From positions 100,846 to 164,845 of the IMG/VR virus record IMGVR_UViG_3300025645_000038: a stretch of DNA of 64,000 bases. The stretch is one strand, 5' to 3'. The notes beneath the pieces were generated by a model, which was not told the origin of the DNA, did no database searches, and worked only from the letters and a program-made list of their open reading frames with translations. Positions within the stretch are counted from its first letter, which is position 1. Each line of letters begins with the position of its first letter. Below are positions 28,162 to 37,688 of this stretch, in pieces. This DNA is from a virus. The position numbers and the translations under genes were made by a program.

Positions 28162-28878
28162 ATGAATAAACATTCGTTAAACCGATTCATTGATAAATAT
28201 TATCTTGGTGGGAACTGCTCATCAGTTGTGATTAATAGTAAGGGAGATTCTCTTTCTACTAGATTCATTACGGGTGATAAGAATCTACTTGGTGAACTAA
28301 CCATGAGTGGTTGGAGTTTTGATGAAGCTGACTTAGGTGTGTATAACACAGAGCAGCTCGTTAAACTTCTATCTGTTCTATCAGAGAATATTTCAATGAA
28401 CCTAACCAAAGCTGGTGACAAAGCTGTTTCATTAAAAATATCAGATACAAAGTCTGATGTAAATTATATGCTATCAGATTTGTCTGTTATCAGTTCACCA
28501 CCTAACCTAAAGTCTATACCTGATTTCGAGGTAAAGATTAAAGTTGACAAATCTTTTATGTCAAAGTTTGTTGCAGGTAAGGGTGCTCTAACTGATACGG
28601 ATAACTTTACAGTCATCACAGATGATGAGGGTGTAAAGGTTGTTATTGGTTATGCTGAGATTAACACTAATCGTGTTACTCTTCCTGTAGAAACAGAATC
28701 TTATGATAAGATTGAGAATGTTTCTTTCAATGCTAATCTGTTCAGAGATGTATTAGTGGCTAACAAAGAATGTGAAAGTGCTACATTAGAAGTAAGTTCA
28801 CAAGGTTTGGCTCGTATCAATTTTAAGATTGATGAGTATGATGCTACTTATTACTTGGTTGCTGATACAGATGTATAA
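28162..28878 (+). CDS. Sliding clamp (gp45-like)
   Basis: 238 aa between PolB and clamp loader; clamp-like size; C-terminal S..GLARINF...ATYYLV. Confidence 0.8.
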   Translation: MNKHSLNRFIDKYYLGGNCSSVVINSKGDSLSTRFITGDKNLLGELTMSGWSFDEADLGVYNTEQLVKLLSVLSENISMNLTKAGDKAVSLKISDTKSDVNYMLSDLSVISSPPNLKSIPDFEVKIKVDKSFMSKFVAGKGALTDTDNFTVITDDEGVKVVIGYAEINTNRVTLPVETESYDKIENVSFNANLFRDVLVANKECESATLEVSSQGLARINFKIDEYDATYYLVADTDV

Positions 28879-29639
28879 TGGAATCTTATGTAGATAAATC
28901 TAAAGTATCTTTACGGCCAGTCAATAAAAAACTGGCCAAAGATATGATAGAAAAATACCATTATAGTGGTGTAATGTCGGCTTGTAGATATACTCTTGGT
29001 GTATTTTACAAGTCAGACAACCACAAGTTTTTCGATGGAGATGTCGATGACTTTATTGGTGTAGCTTGTTATGGTTTTCCAGTTGGCAGAAGCGTAGTAT
29101 CTTCTATGTTTACAGAAGATGTATTAGAAAATAAGAATGTTTTGGAATTAAAAAGACTATTTATACATGATGGTTATGGAAAGAACATAGAATCCTATGT
29201 TATATCGCAGAGTTTCAAATGGTTAAAAGAATATTCGCCTGATATTAAAGTATTAATATCTTACGCTGATCCTGAACAAGCTCATGATGGTTGTATCTAC
29301 CAAGCTACTAATTGGATTTATCAAGGTTGTGGTAGTTTTCAGTTGATGCCGACATACTCATTAAGATTAAACGAAGAAGATGATTGGATGCATAGTAGAA
29401 ATGTTTACTCTATGTATGGTTCTAATAATCTTGATAAGATGAAGAAGGCTATAGGACATGACTTCTGGTTAAAAAGAGAAACCACGAAACATAGATATAT
29501 TTACTTTCTCGGTAATAAAAAAGAGAATAGAAATTTTAATAAGATATTGAAACACCCATCGATGGACTATCCAAAAGATACAGAGTTCATTGATGAAGTA
29601 ATTAAAGTAGAAGTAAAGGATAACAAATGGAAAAATTAG
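28878..29639 (+). CDS. Mom-like DNA adenine-modification enzyme (GNAT fold), paralog 1
   Basis: HYS, LEL.RL, N.ESY.I, ISYADP...H.G.IYQATNW.Y.G, K.RY. Confidence 0.8.
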   Translation: MESYVDKSKVSLRPVNKKLAKDMIEKYHYSGVMSACRYTLGVFYKSDNHKFFDGDVDDFIGVACYGFPVGRSVVSSMFTEDVLENKNVLELKRLFIHDGYGKNIESYVISQSFKWLKEYSPDIKVLISYADPEQAHDGCIYQATNWIYQGCGSFQLMPTYSLRLNEEDDWMHSRNVYSMYGSNNLDKMKKAIGHDFWLKRETTKHRYIYFLGNKKENRNFNKILKHPSMDYPKDTEFIDEVIKVEVKDNKWKN

Positions 29640-30550
29640 AACATAGTTTATGGGTTGAGAAATACCGGCCGACATCACTAGATACTTACATTGGGAATGA
29701 ACATCTCAAAAGTAAAGTATCTGTATATCTTGAGAGTGGGGACTTACCACACCTTTTACTGTATGGGAAAGCCGGTACAGGTAAAACCACTCTCGCTAAA
29801 ATATTAGTCAACAACATAGAATGTGACTATATGTATATTAACGCCTCCGATGAGAATAGTGTGGATACGGTTCGTACTAAAGTTCGTGGGTTCGCTTCTA
29901 CGATGGGGTTCAAAGATTATAAGATTATAATCTTAGATGAGTGTGATTACATCACACCTAACGCTCAAGCCGCTTTGCGTAACCTTATGGAGACTTTTTC
30001 TAAACACTGTAGGTTCATTCTAACTTGTAACTTTGTAGAAAGAATAATTGACCCGATACAATCTCGTTGTCAATCATTTCAGGTGATACCACCATCAAAG
30101 AAAGAAGTTGCTATTCATATGACTAATATCCTAAAAGAAGAGGGTGTTGCTTCTAAGATGGATGATATAGCTGGTTTGGTTAACGCTGGTTATCCTGATA
30201 TTCGTAGGGTGATAAACTCTTGTCAAAGGCAAGTCGTAGATGGTATGTTGGTTGTAGACAAACAATCTTTAGTTGAGAGTGACTATAAGATGAAGTTGAT
30301 GGAAATAATTAAGAAAGAAAGTAAGAAAGATGCATTTAAAAGTGCAAGAAAGTTATTGGCTGATAGTCAAGTAACAGACTTCGCTGAACTATATAAGTTG
30401 ATGTATGATGAGGTAGATTCATATGGTACAGGACATATAGCGGAATGTATTTTGATTATAGCTAAGTATCAGTTATCGGATAGTCAGGTAGTTGATAAGG
30501 AAATAAATGCTATGGCTATGATAATAGAATTATTAGGAGTAATAAAATGA
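29627..30550 (+). CDS. Clamp loader large subunit (gp44/RFC AAA+)
   Basis: LWVEKYRP, GKAGTGKT, NASDE, LDECD, SRC. Confidence 0.95.
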   Translation: MEKLEHSLWVEKYRPTSLDTYIGNEHLKSKVSVYLESGDLPHLLLYGKAGTGKTTLAKILVNNIECDYMYINASDENSVDTVRTKVRGFASTMGFKDYKIIILDECDYITPNAQAALRNLMETFSKHCRFILTCNFVERIIDPIQSRCQSFQVIPPSKKEVAIHMTNILKEEGVASKMDDIAGLVNAGYPDIRRVINSCQRQVVDGMLVVDKQSLVESDYKMKLMEIIKKESKKDAFKSARKLLADSQVTDFAELYKLMYDEVDSYGTGHIAECILIIAKYQLSDSQVVDKEINAMAMIIELLGVIK

Positions 30551-30795
30551 GTACGAAACCAATGAAACCATTACCAGGTGGACAACCACCACAACAAGAA
30601 ATAAGTATAGAAGATACAGAATCAATCAAGTGTGATGATTGCGGTAACTATTCTTTTATTAAATCTTACTTTATAAGAAGAATATCACCAATCGTATCAC
30701 CGACAGGTCAAGAAGCATTAGTACCAATCGAAGTATTCAGTTGTGGTAATTGTGGTAAAGTGCCAGACTCAATGATGCCAAAAGGTAATGAGTAA
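30547..30795 (+). CDS. Small zinc-ribbon protein
   Basis: CDDC...CGNC. Confidence 0.75.
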   Translation: MSTKPMKPLPGGQPPQQEISIEDTESIKCDDCGNYSFIKSYFIRRISPIVSPTGQEALVPIEVFSCGNCGKVPDSMMPKGNE

Positions 30796-30937
30796 AGATA
30801 CTGGCGCTGGTAAAGGTGACAAACTAAGAAGAGGAATAACTCAAGATGAGTGGGAAAAGAAATGGGAAAAAATCTTTGGTAAAAAAGAAAAGTCTGTTCG
30901 ACCACATAAATCAAATAACAGCAGTTCAAAATCCTAA
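30788..30937 (+). CDS. Unannotated 49-aa ORF overlapping the clamp-loader small subunit gene
   Basis: MSKDTGAGKGDKLRRGITQDEWEKKWEKIFGKK...; GKG.K.R...W..IF pattern seen in small phage proteins; ATG overlaps the end of the upstream gene. Confidence 0.55.
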   Translation: MSKDTGAGKGDKLRRGITQDEWEKKWEKIFGKKEKSVRPHKSNNSSSKS

Positions 30938-31322
30938 CTATTGGGATGATATATCAGACGAAGATAAGAAGTCTTGGTCTAATTATATGGTAAATAGATT
31001 TCTATCTATGAACTCTGATTGGACAGATTTGGTTAATGAGATTCAGAAGTATCCTATTGAACCTAAAGATTTATATAAAGTTTATACAAGCATCTTACCA
31101 AAGAAAAAACAATGGTTAAGATATATCAAAGGAGATAAAAAAATGAAGTATCCTATATGGGTTTACGAAATAGTCGGTAAACATTTACAATGTAGTATTA
31201 AAGAAGCTAACGAAGCAGTAGAGATGTATCGTATATCAGCTGGTGGACAATCAGAGTTAGCAGACATCATGTTTAAGTATGGTGTAGAAGATAAAGAAGT
31301 AAGGAAGCTTGGACTTATATAG
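30846..31322 (+). CDS. Clamp loader small subunit (gp62-like)
   Basis: YMVNRFLSM, LPKKKQW..YIK; near the gp44-like gene; SD GAGGA. Confidence 0.75.
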   Translation: MSGKRNGKKSLVKKKSLFDHINQITAVQNPNYWDDISDEDKKSWSNYMVNRFLSMNSDWTDLVNEIQKYPIEPKDLYKVYTSILPKKKQWLRYIKGDKKMKYPIWVYEIVGKHLQCSIKEANEAVEMYRISAGGQSELADIMFKYGVEDKEVRKLGLI

Positions 31323-31963
31323 TGTCTGTTACCAACTTCACAGTCGAATCAATACCAAGAAAATCATTAGTACCTTTCGTAGAAAAACATCACTACTCTC
31401 ATAATACAAATGGTGTACAATCGATATACCATTTTGGGTTATATGGTGAAGGTAACTTTGGTTTACCTAAGATGATTGGAGCAGCTATGTACGCTTATCC
31501 ATCTATGCCCGATACCGCTAAGAAGTACAATCCAATCAATCCAACCAAATGTTTAGAACTTAGAAGGTTGGTTTGTATCGATGATACACCTAAGAATACA
31601 GAGAGTTACTTTATAGGTCAGACTTTCAAGTGGTTGAAACAGAATACGGATATGGAAGTTATAGTATCATTTGCTGATGAACATCATGGACATACAGGTG
31701 TGATATACAAAGCTACTAACTTTGAGTATTGGGGTGAAACTGCTGGTGGTAGGATACTGATGGTTGATGGAAAAGAAACACATAGTCGGTCACTTAATCA
31801 AATAAAGAGACCATATGGTAGAGAACTTAATCGTAGATATAAAGCTGGTGATGAAAATATATTTTGGAAGAAGACAAAACCAAAGCATATTTATGTATAC
31901 TATCTCAATAAAATAATTAAAAGAAAAATAAAAAAGCTTGACTTTATCAAGAAAAAGTCGTAG
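31322..31963 (+). CDS. Mom-like DNA adenine-modification enzyme, paralog 2
   Basis: HHYS, LELRRL, NTESYFI, VSFADE..GH.G.IYKATNF.Y.G, KH.Y. Confidence 0.8.
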   Translation: MSVTNFTVESIPRKSLVPFVEKHHYSHNTNGVQSIYHFGLYGEGNFGLPKMIGAAMYAYPSMPDTAKKYNPINPTKCLELRRLVCIDDTPKNTESYFIGQTFKWLKQNTDMEVIVSFADEHHGHTGVIYKATNFEYWGETAGGRILMVDGKETHSRSLNQIKRPYGRELNRRYKAGDENIFWKKTKPKHIYVYYLNKIIKRKIKKLDFIKKKS

Positions 31964-31968
31964 CTTTA
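31937..31968 (+). promoter_or_regulatory. Sigma70-like (early) promoter
   Basis: CTTGACTT...TCGTAGCTTTA with 17-nt spacer, upstream of the Nmad1-type gene. Confidence 0.75.
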
Positions 31969-31989
31969 TACTGTAAATTGGAGTGATAT

Positions 31990-32373
31990 ATGAAGGTTAT
32001 AAAAGACACATCTAAAGGAACAGAAGAAGAATACACAGATATTGTATCTTACATGGAAGATAAATATCCTGAGATGACATCGGAGTTCAAAAAGATACAA
32101 CAAGAACAATATGAATTGTTTCTTCACAAACAACATGACTATGGCCCACAAAACATAGCCGTTGGTCAGATGTTGGTAAACGAAGAAGAGAAGAGACTAT
32201 CCCTTATGGGTATTTGGTTTAGGATAAACGATAAGGTGGAACGTATCAAAACCATACTAATGCGTGGAGACAATGGTTCTCTTGAAGGTGAAGGTTTGGT
32301 AGATAGTTATTCAGACATATCTAACTATGGAGTTATGGCTCAAGTTGTAGCTAGAGGAAAGTGGGCTAAGTGA
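31990..32373 (+). CDS. Nucleotide modification associated domain 1 (DUF1599-type, all-alpha NTP-PPase-like)
   Basis: K..DYG, R..DK..R, DS..DI.NY motifs. Confidence 0.75.
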   Translation: MKVIKDTSKGTEEEYTDIVSYMEDKYPEMTSEFKKIQQEQYELFLHKQHDYGPQNIAVGQMLVNEEEKRLSLMGIWFRINDKVERIKTILMRGDNGSLEGEGLVDSYSDISNYGVMAQVVARGKWAK

Positions 32374-33236
32374 AGAAGATAAGTTATAGTCAGTATTCAA
32401 TGTGGGCTCAATGTCCTCATAGATGGAAAACTGCATACATAGATGGGAACAGAGAGTTTTCTGATAACATACACACACTTTTTGGTACATCAATGCATGA
32501 GGTTATACAAACCTTTCTAACAGTTATGTACAATGACACAGCAAAGATGGCTGAGGCTCTACCATTGGAAGATATGTTACTCACAAGAATGAAGAGAAAC
32601 TTTGAAAGAGTGTTAGAAACGAATGGTGGTGAGATGTTCTGTACTGAAAAGGACATGGTTGAGTTTTATGGTCATGGTGTGGAGATACTAAAGTTTATTA
32701 AGAAGAGAAGAGCTCAATACTTTAGTAAGAAAGGTTATGAACTCGTTGGTATAGAGGTTCCACTAAACTATGACTTACCAAACAATATAAAGTTTATAGG
32801 TTATATAGATATAGTAATCAAAGATACAGTTAGAGATGTAATTAAGATATATGATATTAAGACATCTACTATGGGTTGGAACAAATGGATGAAGGCTGAT
32901 AAGAATAAGACAGACCAATTACTATTATACAAACAATTCTACTCAAAACAATTCAATCATCCTATGGATAGAATAGAAGTGGAATACTTTATTGTGAAGA
33001 GAAAGCTGTATGAGAACTTAGACTTCCCTCAAAAGAGAGTTCAAAAGTTTGTACCAGCAAATGGTAAGCCATCAATCAATCAAGTTGTGAATAGATTAGA
33101 TGAATTTATAAAAGATGGGTTTAATGATGATGGAGAATATCGAACTGAACATATTTATAGGAAAGAGGCATCTAAGAAAAATTGCAAGTATTGTGATTTC
33201 AATCAAACAGAATTTTGTGATGTGGGAGTAAAGTAA
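32370..33236 (+). CDS. PD-(D/E)XK exonuclease (RecB/Cas4-like)
   Basis: SYSQ......CP, FGT..HE, G.ID, D.KTS, QL..Y, C..C.F....C. Confidence 0.85.
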   Translation: MKKISYSQYSMWAQCPHRWKTAYIDGNREFSDNIHTLFGTSMHEVIQTFLTVMYNDTAKMAEALPLEDMLLTRMKRNFERVLETNGGEMFCTEKDMVEFYGHGVEILKFIKKRRAQYFSKKGYELVGIEVPLNYDLPNNIKFIGYIDIVIKDTVRDVIKIYDIKTSTMGWNKWMKADKNKTDQLLLYKQFYSKQFNHPMDRIEVEYFIVKRKLYENLDFPQKRVQKFVPANGKPSINQVVNRLDEFIKDGFNDDGEYRTEHIYRKEASKKNCKYCDFNQTEFCDVGVK

Positions 33237-33667
33237 TGAAAATAAGCTTGAGAATGAACCTTTCTGATTTTATAAACAAAGATAATGAGAAAGATATTAT
33301 TGATAAATTAGAAAGCGTGCATAACGATGATGTAAAGTATTATATTACTTTTTGGTATAAAGATGGAACTGTATCACCACAAGACATAAAAAGATTTCTG
33401 TTAGACTATGAATCCAATTTACACTTCAAGACAAAGATAAAAGTAGATGGTAGGTTACATCCAAATGATTTTATCTGGTATGATATAGTCAGTAGAGAAA
33501 ATGTAAATCCAAAACAAAGGGTTAGATTTCAACATATCTACGACAATGATATTCAGATGTTAAAAGCTATTGATGAGTTTCATAAAGCAGCTAAGTTCTG
33601 TACTACAGAGAAACCACCAAGAGTTCAAAAGAGGAATGACTATGAGAGTAGCAATAGTAGGAAGTAG
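33236..33667 (+). CDS. Hypothetical protein
   Basis: 143-aa ORF with TAATG coupling. Confidence 0.7.
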   Translation: MKISLRMNLSDFINKDNEKDIIDKLESVHNDDVKYYITFWYKDGTVSPQDIKRFLLDYESNLHFKTKIKVDGRLHPNDFIWYDIVSRENVNPKQRVRFQHIYDNDIQMLKAIDEFHKAAKFCTTEKPPRVQKRNDYESSNSRK

Positions 33668-34043
33668 AAAGTATACAAATAAAAGGCGTATACAAGAGTT
33701 TGTATTTAAACTAAAGCAGAAGTATGGTGAAGAGTTAGAGATAGTAAGTGGTGGACAAAAAGATGGTGCTGATGGATACGCTAAGAAATATGCTTTAGAG
33801 TTTGATATAAACTATTCAGAATTTCCACCATCACATTACGCTTACAATCAACATTGTGTCCTCGAAAGTTTTAAATACGGAAGACCATATGCTAGTTGGC
33901 ATTATCATGATAGAAACAAAAAGATAGTTGAATATAGTGATGTTGTAGCAGCATTCATACCTAAAGATACCACATCCAAAGGAACAGAAAGCACACTAAA
34001 AGAAGCTCAGAAAAAAGAAAAAAAATATTGTATAATAAGTTAG
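33642..34043 (+). CDS. SLOG-superfamily protein (YspA/DUF2493-like)
   Basis: AIVGSR, IVSGG..GAD..A..YA, RN..IV..SD...AF, S.GT; start placed at MRVAIVG. Confidence 0.8.
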   Translation: MRVAIVGSRKYTNKRRIQEFVFKLKQKYGEELEIVSGGQKDGADGYAKKYALEFDINYSEFPPSHYAYNQHCVLESFKYGRPYASWHYHDRNKKIVEYSDVVAAFIPKDTTSKGTESTLKEAQKKEKKYCIIS

Positions 34044-34050
34044 TTCTTAT

Positions 34051-34070
34051 ATACTTATATACATATATAC
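34051..34070 (+). promoter_or_regulatory. Phage promoter motif ATACTTATA with ATATAC repeats (candidate RHH operator)
   Basis: ATACTTATATACATATATAC immediately before SD GGAGG. Confidence 0.5.
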
Positions 34071-34082
34071 GGAGGAAATGTT

Positions 34083-34271
34083 ATGTTGAAACTAACATCC
34101 GTAAAGTTATTAGACAATCTATACAAGAAGTTTAAAATAAGCAATTTAGATGATAACTTTACATTACAAAAGCTAATCAATCGCTCAATGGACTTATATG
34201 TTCACAATGAGGACTTTAGACATCAAATAAACGAATGGCAAAATCTTAAACCAAGCGGGAGTGCATTATGA
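34083..34271 (+). CDS. Ribbon-helix-helix-like small DNA-binding protein
   Basis: LTSVKL strand, LY..FK helix, TLQKLINRSMDLY helix. Confidence 0.55.
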   Translation: MLKLTSVKLLDNLYKKFKISNLDDNFTLQKLINRSMDLYVHNEDFRHQINEWQNLKPSGSAL

Positions 34272-34501
34272 GAACTGATTTAATTAAAGCTAGTGAACTA
34301 CACTTTAAAGCACATATTGAAAAACATAGAATAAATGTAGAAAATTTATTAGAAAATGGTGTGGGTGTTGCTGAACATGCAGATATTATGGATACGATAG
34401 AAAAAGAGTTAGAGATTATGGCTGAATATGATGATAAGCTATCTATCTTAAATAAATACTTCACAATCAATGGTGGTTCTAAAGAGGTTATAAATGGTTA
34501 A
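34268..34501 (+). CDS. Hypothetical phage protein
   Basis: 77 aa, GVAEH.DI..TIE.EL motif. Confidence 0.7.
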   Translation: MRTDLIKASELHFKAHIEKHRINVENLLENGVGVAEHADIMDTIEKELEIMAEYDDKLSILNKYFTINGGSKEVING

Positions 34502-35888
34502 GAAAAAGATTTTACTATTATCGGATGATTTAAGAATGTCTTCTGGCGTAGGTACGATGTCAAGAGAGTTTGTTTTAGGAACTCTCAAACATTACGATTG
34601 GGTACAAGTTGGTGGTGCTATTAAACATCCTGATGAAGGTAAGATTATAGACATGAATGAATCTGTGAGAAAAGATACAGGTATAGAAGACGCTTATCTT
34701 AAAATATATCCTGTGAGTGGTTATGGTAGTCCAGATGTAATCAGGCAAGTTACCCAAATGGAAAATGGTATTGACGCTATTTTACATTATACAGACCCAA
34801 GATTTTGGGGATGGTTGTATCAGATGGAACATGAGTTAAGAAGAACCACTCCGATATTTTACTATAATATATGGGATGATTTACCTTATCCAATGTGGAA
34901 TGAACCATTCTATGAGTCTTGTGATTTGATTATGAATATATCTAAACAAACAGTCAATATTGTAGACAATGTATGTCAGATTAAACCAAGAACAGAGTGG
35001 GATAATACTTACATTCCACATGGCATAAATGAAAATAACTTTTATCCTATCGACTCTTCTCATACAGAATGGAATGATTTACTAAAATTCAAAAGAAATG
35101 TGACTAATGGTAAAGACTACAAATACATAGTATTTTGGAACAATAGAAACATCAGAAGAAAGTTACCTGGTGATGTTATAATGGCTTACAAACAATTCTG
35201 TGACCAATTACCAAAAGAAGAAGCTGAAAAATGTGCTCTCATAATGCACACCCAACCAAGAGATGAAAATGGTACAGATTTACCAGAGGTTGTAAAACAA
35301 TGTTGTCCAGATTATGATGTAATATTTTCACATCAAAAGTTAAGTGATAAAGAACTTTGTTTCTTATATAACATAGCAGATGTTGGAATGAACATGGCTT
35401 CTAATGAAGGATTTGGTTTAGGAACTTGTGAGGCTCTAATGTGTGGTACACCGATATCGGTAAATGTCACAGGTGGATTACAAGACCAATGTGGTTTTAA
35501 ATACAAAGGTGAGTTTATAACTTACAAAGACTATAGTTGGATTCATTCATTACATGATGATAAGAAGTGGAAAGATAATGAAGATTTGGCTCATGGTGAG
35601 TGGGTAAAGCCGGTATGGCCGTCTAACAGGAGTCTACAAGGTTCAATACCAACACCATATATCTATGATGACAGACCTCGTTCAGAAGACTTTGGTGATG
35701 CCCTAAAAGAGTGGTATGATATGGGGGATGAAGAAAGAAAAAGATGTGGTAAGTTAGGTCATGAGTTTGTTATGAGTGATGATGCTAGTATGTCAGCCAC
35801 CGCTATGTCCAACTTATTCATAGAACATATGGATACAGCATTTGAGAAGTGGACACCTCGTAAACGATTTACAATGTTTAAAGCATAG
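34494..35888 (+). CDS. Glycosyltransferase, GT-B fold (GT4-like)
   Basis: DD....SGVG, IPHGI, RNIRRK, EGFGL...EA..CGTP. Confidence 0.88.
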   Translation: MVKKKILLLSDDLRMSSGVGTMSREFVLGTLKHYDWVQVGGAIKHPDEGKIIDMNESVRKDTGIEDAYLKIYPVSGYGSPDVIRQVTQMENGIDAILHYTDPRFWGWLYQMEHELRRTTPIFYYNIWDDLPYPMWNEPFYESCDLIMNISKQTVNIVDNVCQIKPRTEWDNTYIPHGINENNFYPIDSSHTEWNDLLKFKRNVTNGKDYKYIVFWNNRNIRRKLPGDVIMAYKQFCDQLPKEEAEKCALIMHTQPRDENGTDLPEVVKQCCPDYDVIFSHQKLSDKELCFLYNIADVGMNMASNEGFGLGTCEALMCGTPISVNVTGGLQDQCGFKYKGEFITYKDYSWIHSLHDDKKWKDNEDLAHGEWVKPVWPSNRSLQGSIPTPYIYDDRPRSEDFGDALKEWYDMGDEERKRCGKLGHEFVMSDDASMSATAMSNLFIEHMDTAFEKWTPRKRFTMFKA

Positions 35889-35896
35889 GAGTTATA

Positions 35897-37231
35897 ATGA
35901 AACCATTAATGTTAATCACAGGACCAGTTGCTACAAGAAGTGGGTATGGTTCACATAGTAGAGATTTATGTAGAAGTCTAATAGCTATGGATAAGTTTGA
36001 TATAAAGATTAATTCACTTCGTTGGGGTAATTGTCCAATGAATGCTTTAGATGAAAGTAAACCAGAGGATGTAGAAATACTTAGTAGAATATTATCTAAC
36101 AATGAGTTACCGAGACAACCCGAAGTTCACATACAGATAAGTGTACCTAATGAATTTACTCCTATAGCTAAGTATAATATAGGTGTAACTGCTGGTATAG
36201 AAAATACAGCACCTAAAGCTGAGTGGATTCAAGGTATGAATCGTATGAATATGAATATAGTTCCATCTAAGTTTGTGAAAGGTATATTTGAGTCAGTTTC
36301 ATACGAAGAGATAAATGAACAAACAAAACAGAAGACGGGTGAGCTGAAATGTACATCACCGATAGAGGTTCTTTTTGAAGGAGCCGATACTAAAATCTAT
36401 GGTAAGACAAAAGATATATCAGATGACTTAAAAGCTGAAATGGACAACATAGAGGAAAGATTTGTATTCTTATACACAGGACATTGGTTGCAAGGTGATA
36501 TAGGACAAGACAGAAAAGATACAGGAATGTTACTACAGACTTTCTTAGAGACATTTAAAAACAAACCTAATCCACCAGCTTTGGTTATGAAAACAAGTGG
36601 TGCTACTTTTTCTGTTATAGATAGAAATGAAATTAAAGGTAAGATAGAAGATATTAAGAACACTGTCAAGGGACAACTTCCTCCTGTTTATTTCTTACAC
36701 GGTGATTTAACTGATGAGGAAATGAATCAGTTATACAACCATCCTAAAGTTAAAGCTCATATTACATTTACTCATGGTGAAGGTTTTGGTCGTCCTCTAT
36801 TAGAAGCTAGTTTATCAGAAAAGATAGTTATAGCTCCTAATTGGAGTGGTCATATAGATTTTCTTAATAAAAATAACTCAGTTCTTTTGCCTGGTGTGAT
36901 GACAGATGTTCACAAATCAGCTCTACCTAAAGAGATGTTAGTCGAAGGAGCTAAATGGTTTACTGTAAACTATCAATACGCTTCTCAGGTTATGAAAGAT
37001 GTGCTTAAAGATAATAGAAAGTATACTATGATGGCTAAAAAACAATCTATGTATAATAGGGTAAACTTTTCTATGGATAAGATGACTAAAGACTTTGGTA
37101 AAATATTGGATAGATATCTACCTAAGTTTGAAGAACAACCACAACAGGTTGATTTAAAGTTGCCAAAGCTAAAAAAAGTTGGCGATAGTAAACCAAAACA
37201 AATAAAACTACCAAAGTTAAAGAAGGTGTAA
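35897..37231 (+). CDS. Glycosyltransferase, GT-B fold (GT4-like)
   Basis: SGYG, RKD, GEGFGRPLLEA, WSGH.DF. Confidence 0.88.
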   Translation: MKPLMLITGPVATRSGYGSHSRDLCRSLIAMDKFDIKINSLRWGNCPMNALDESKPEDVEILSRILSNNELPRQPEVHIQISVPNEFTPIAKYNIGVTAGIENTAPKAEWIQGMNRMNMNIVPSKFVKGIFESVSYEEINEQTKQKTGELKCTSPIEVLFEGADTKIYGKTKDISDDLKAEMDNIEERFVFLYTGHWLQGDIGQDRKDTGMLLQTFLETFKNKPNPPALVMKTSGATFSVIDRNEIKGKIEDIKNTVKGQLPPVYFLHGDLTDEEMNQLYNHPKVKAHITFTHGEGFGRPLLEASLSEKIVIAPNWSGHIDFLNKNNSVLLPGVMTDVHKSALPKEMLVEGAKWFTVNYQYASQVMKDVLKDNRKYTMMAKKQSMYNRVNFSMDKMTKDFGKILDRYLPKFEEQPQQVDLKLPKLKKVGDSKPKQIKLPKLKKV

Positions 37232-37232
37232 T

Positions 37233-37688
37233 ATGGAAGAGAAATCAAAATGTCCTCTGTGTAATGATTTGTATGACAATTGTTTTGTAGAAAAAACAGA
37301 AATAGAAGGTAAACCATTTGAATCTTACATGTGCTTTCAATGTGGTATGACTTCCAATTCTTATCTGGCTTTCGATAGTGAGAAGCTAGAAGAGTACACA
37401 AAGAGTCACAGTGAACTAATGAACGACTTGAAGATAATGGATGAAAAAAGAGGAATAGTTTGGTTCCCATCTGTAATTAATATGGGTGAAAAAGGTATTA
37501 TATATCCTGATGGACAACTTGCTGATTGGCATTGGCATTATGCTAAGGTTATAGATATACCTGAAGAAGATAGAGAAAAATATGATGGTCACGAAAAAAG
37601 ATTAGATGTAGAGAACTCTGAAAAGTTTGGTCAGTTTGAATTTATGGAAGCTTGTAAATCTATGGGGATAATAAAAGACAATGGCTAA
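37233..37688 (+). CDS. Hypothetical zinc-finger protein
   Basis: CPLC...CFQCG. Confidence 0.7.
   Translation: MEEKSKCPLCNDLYDNCFVEKTEIEGKPFESYMCFQCGMTSNSYLAFDSEKLEEYTKSHSELMNDLKIMDEKRGIVWFPSVINMGEKGIIYPDGQLADWHWHYAKVIDIPEEDREKYDGHEKRLDVENSEKFGQFEFMEACKSMGIIKDNG

Noticed and set aside
32370-33236. CRISPR-associated Cas4
   Set aside because: No array or other cas genes; stand-alone phage PD-(D/E)XK exonucleases are common
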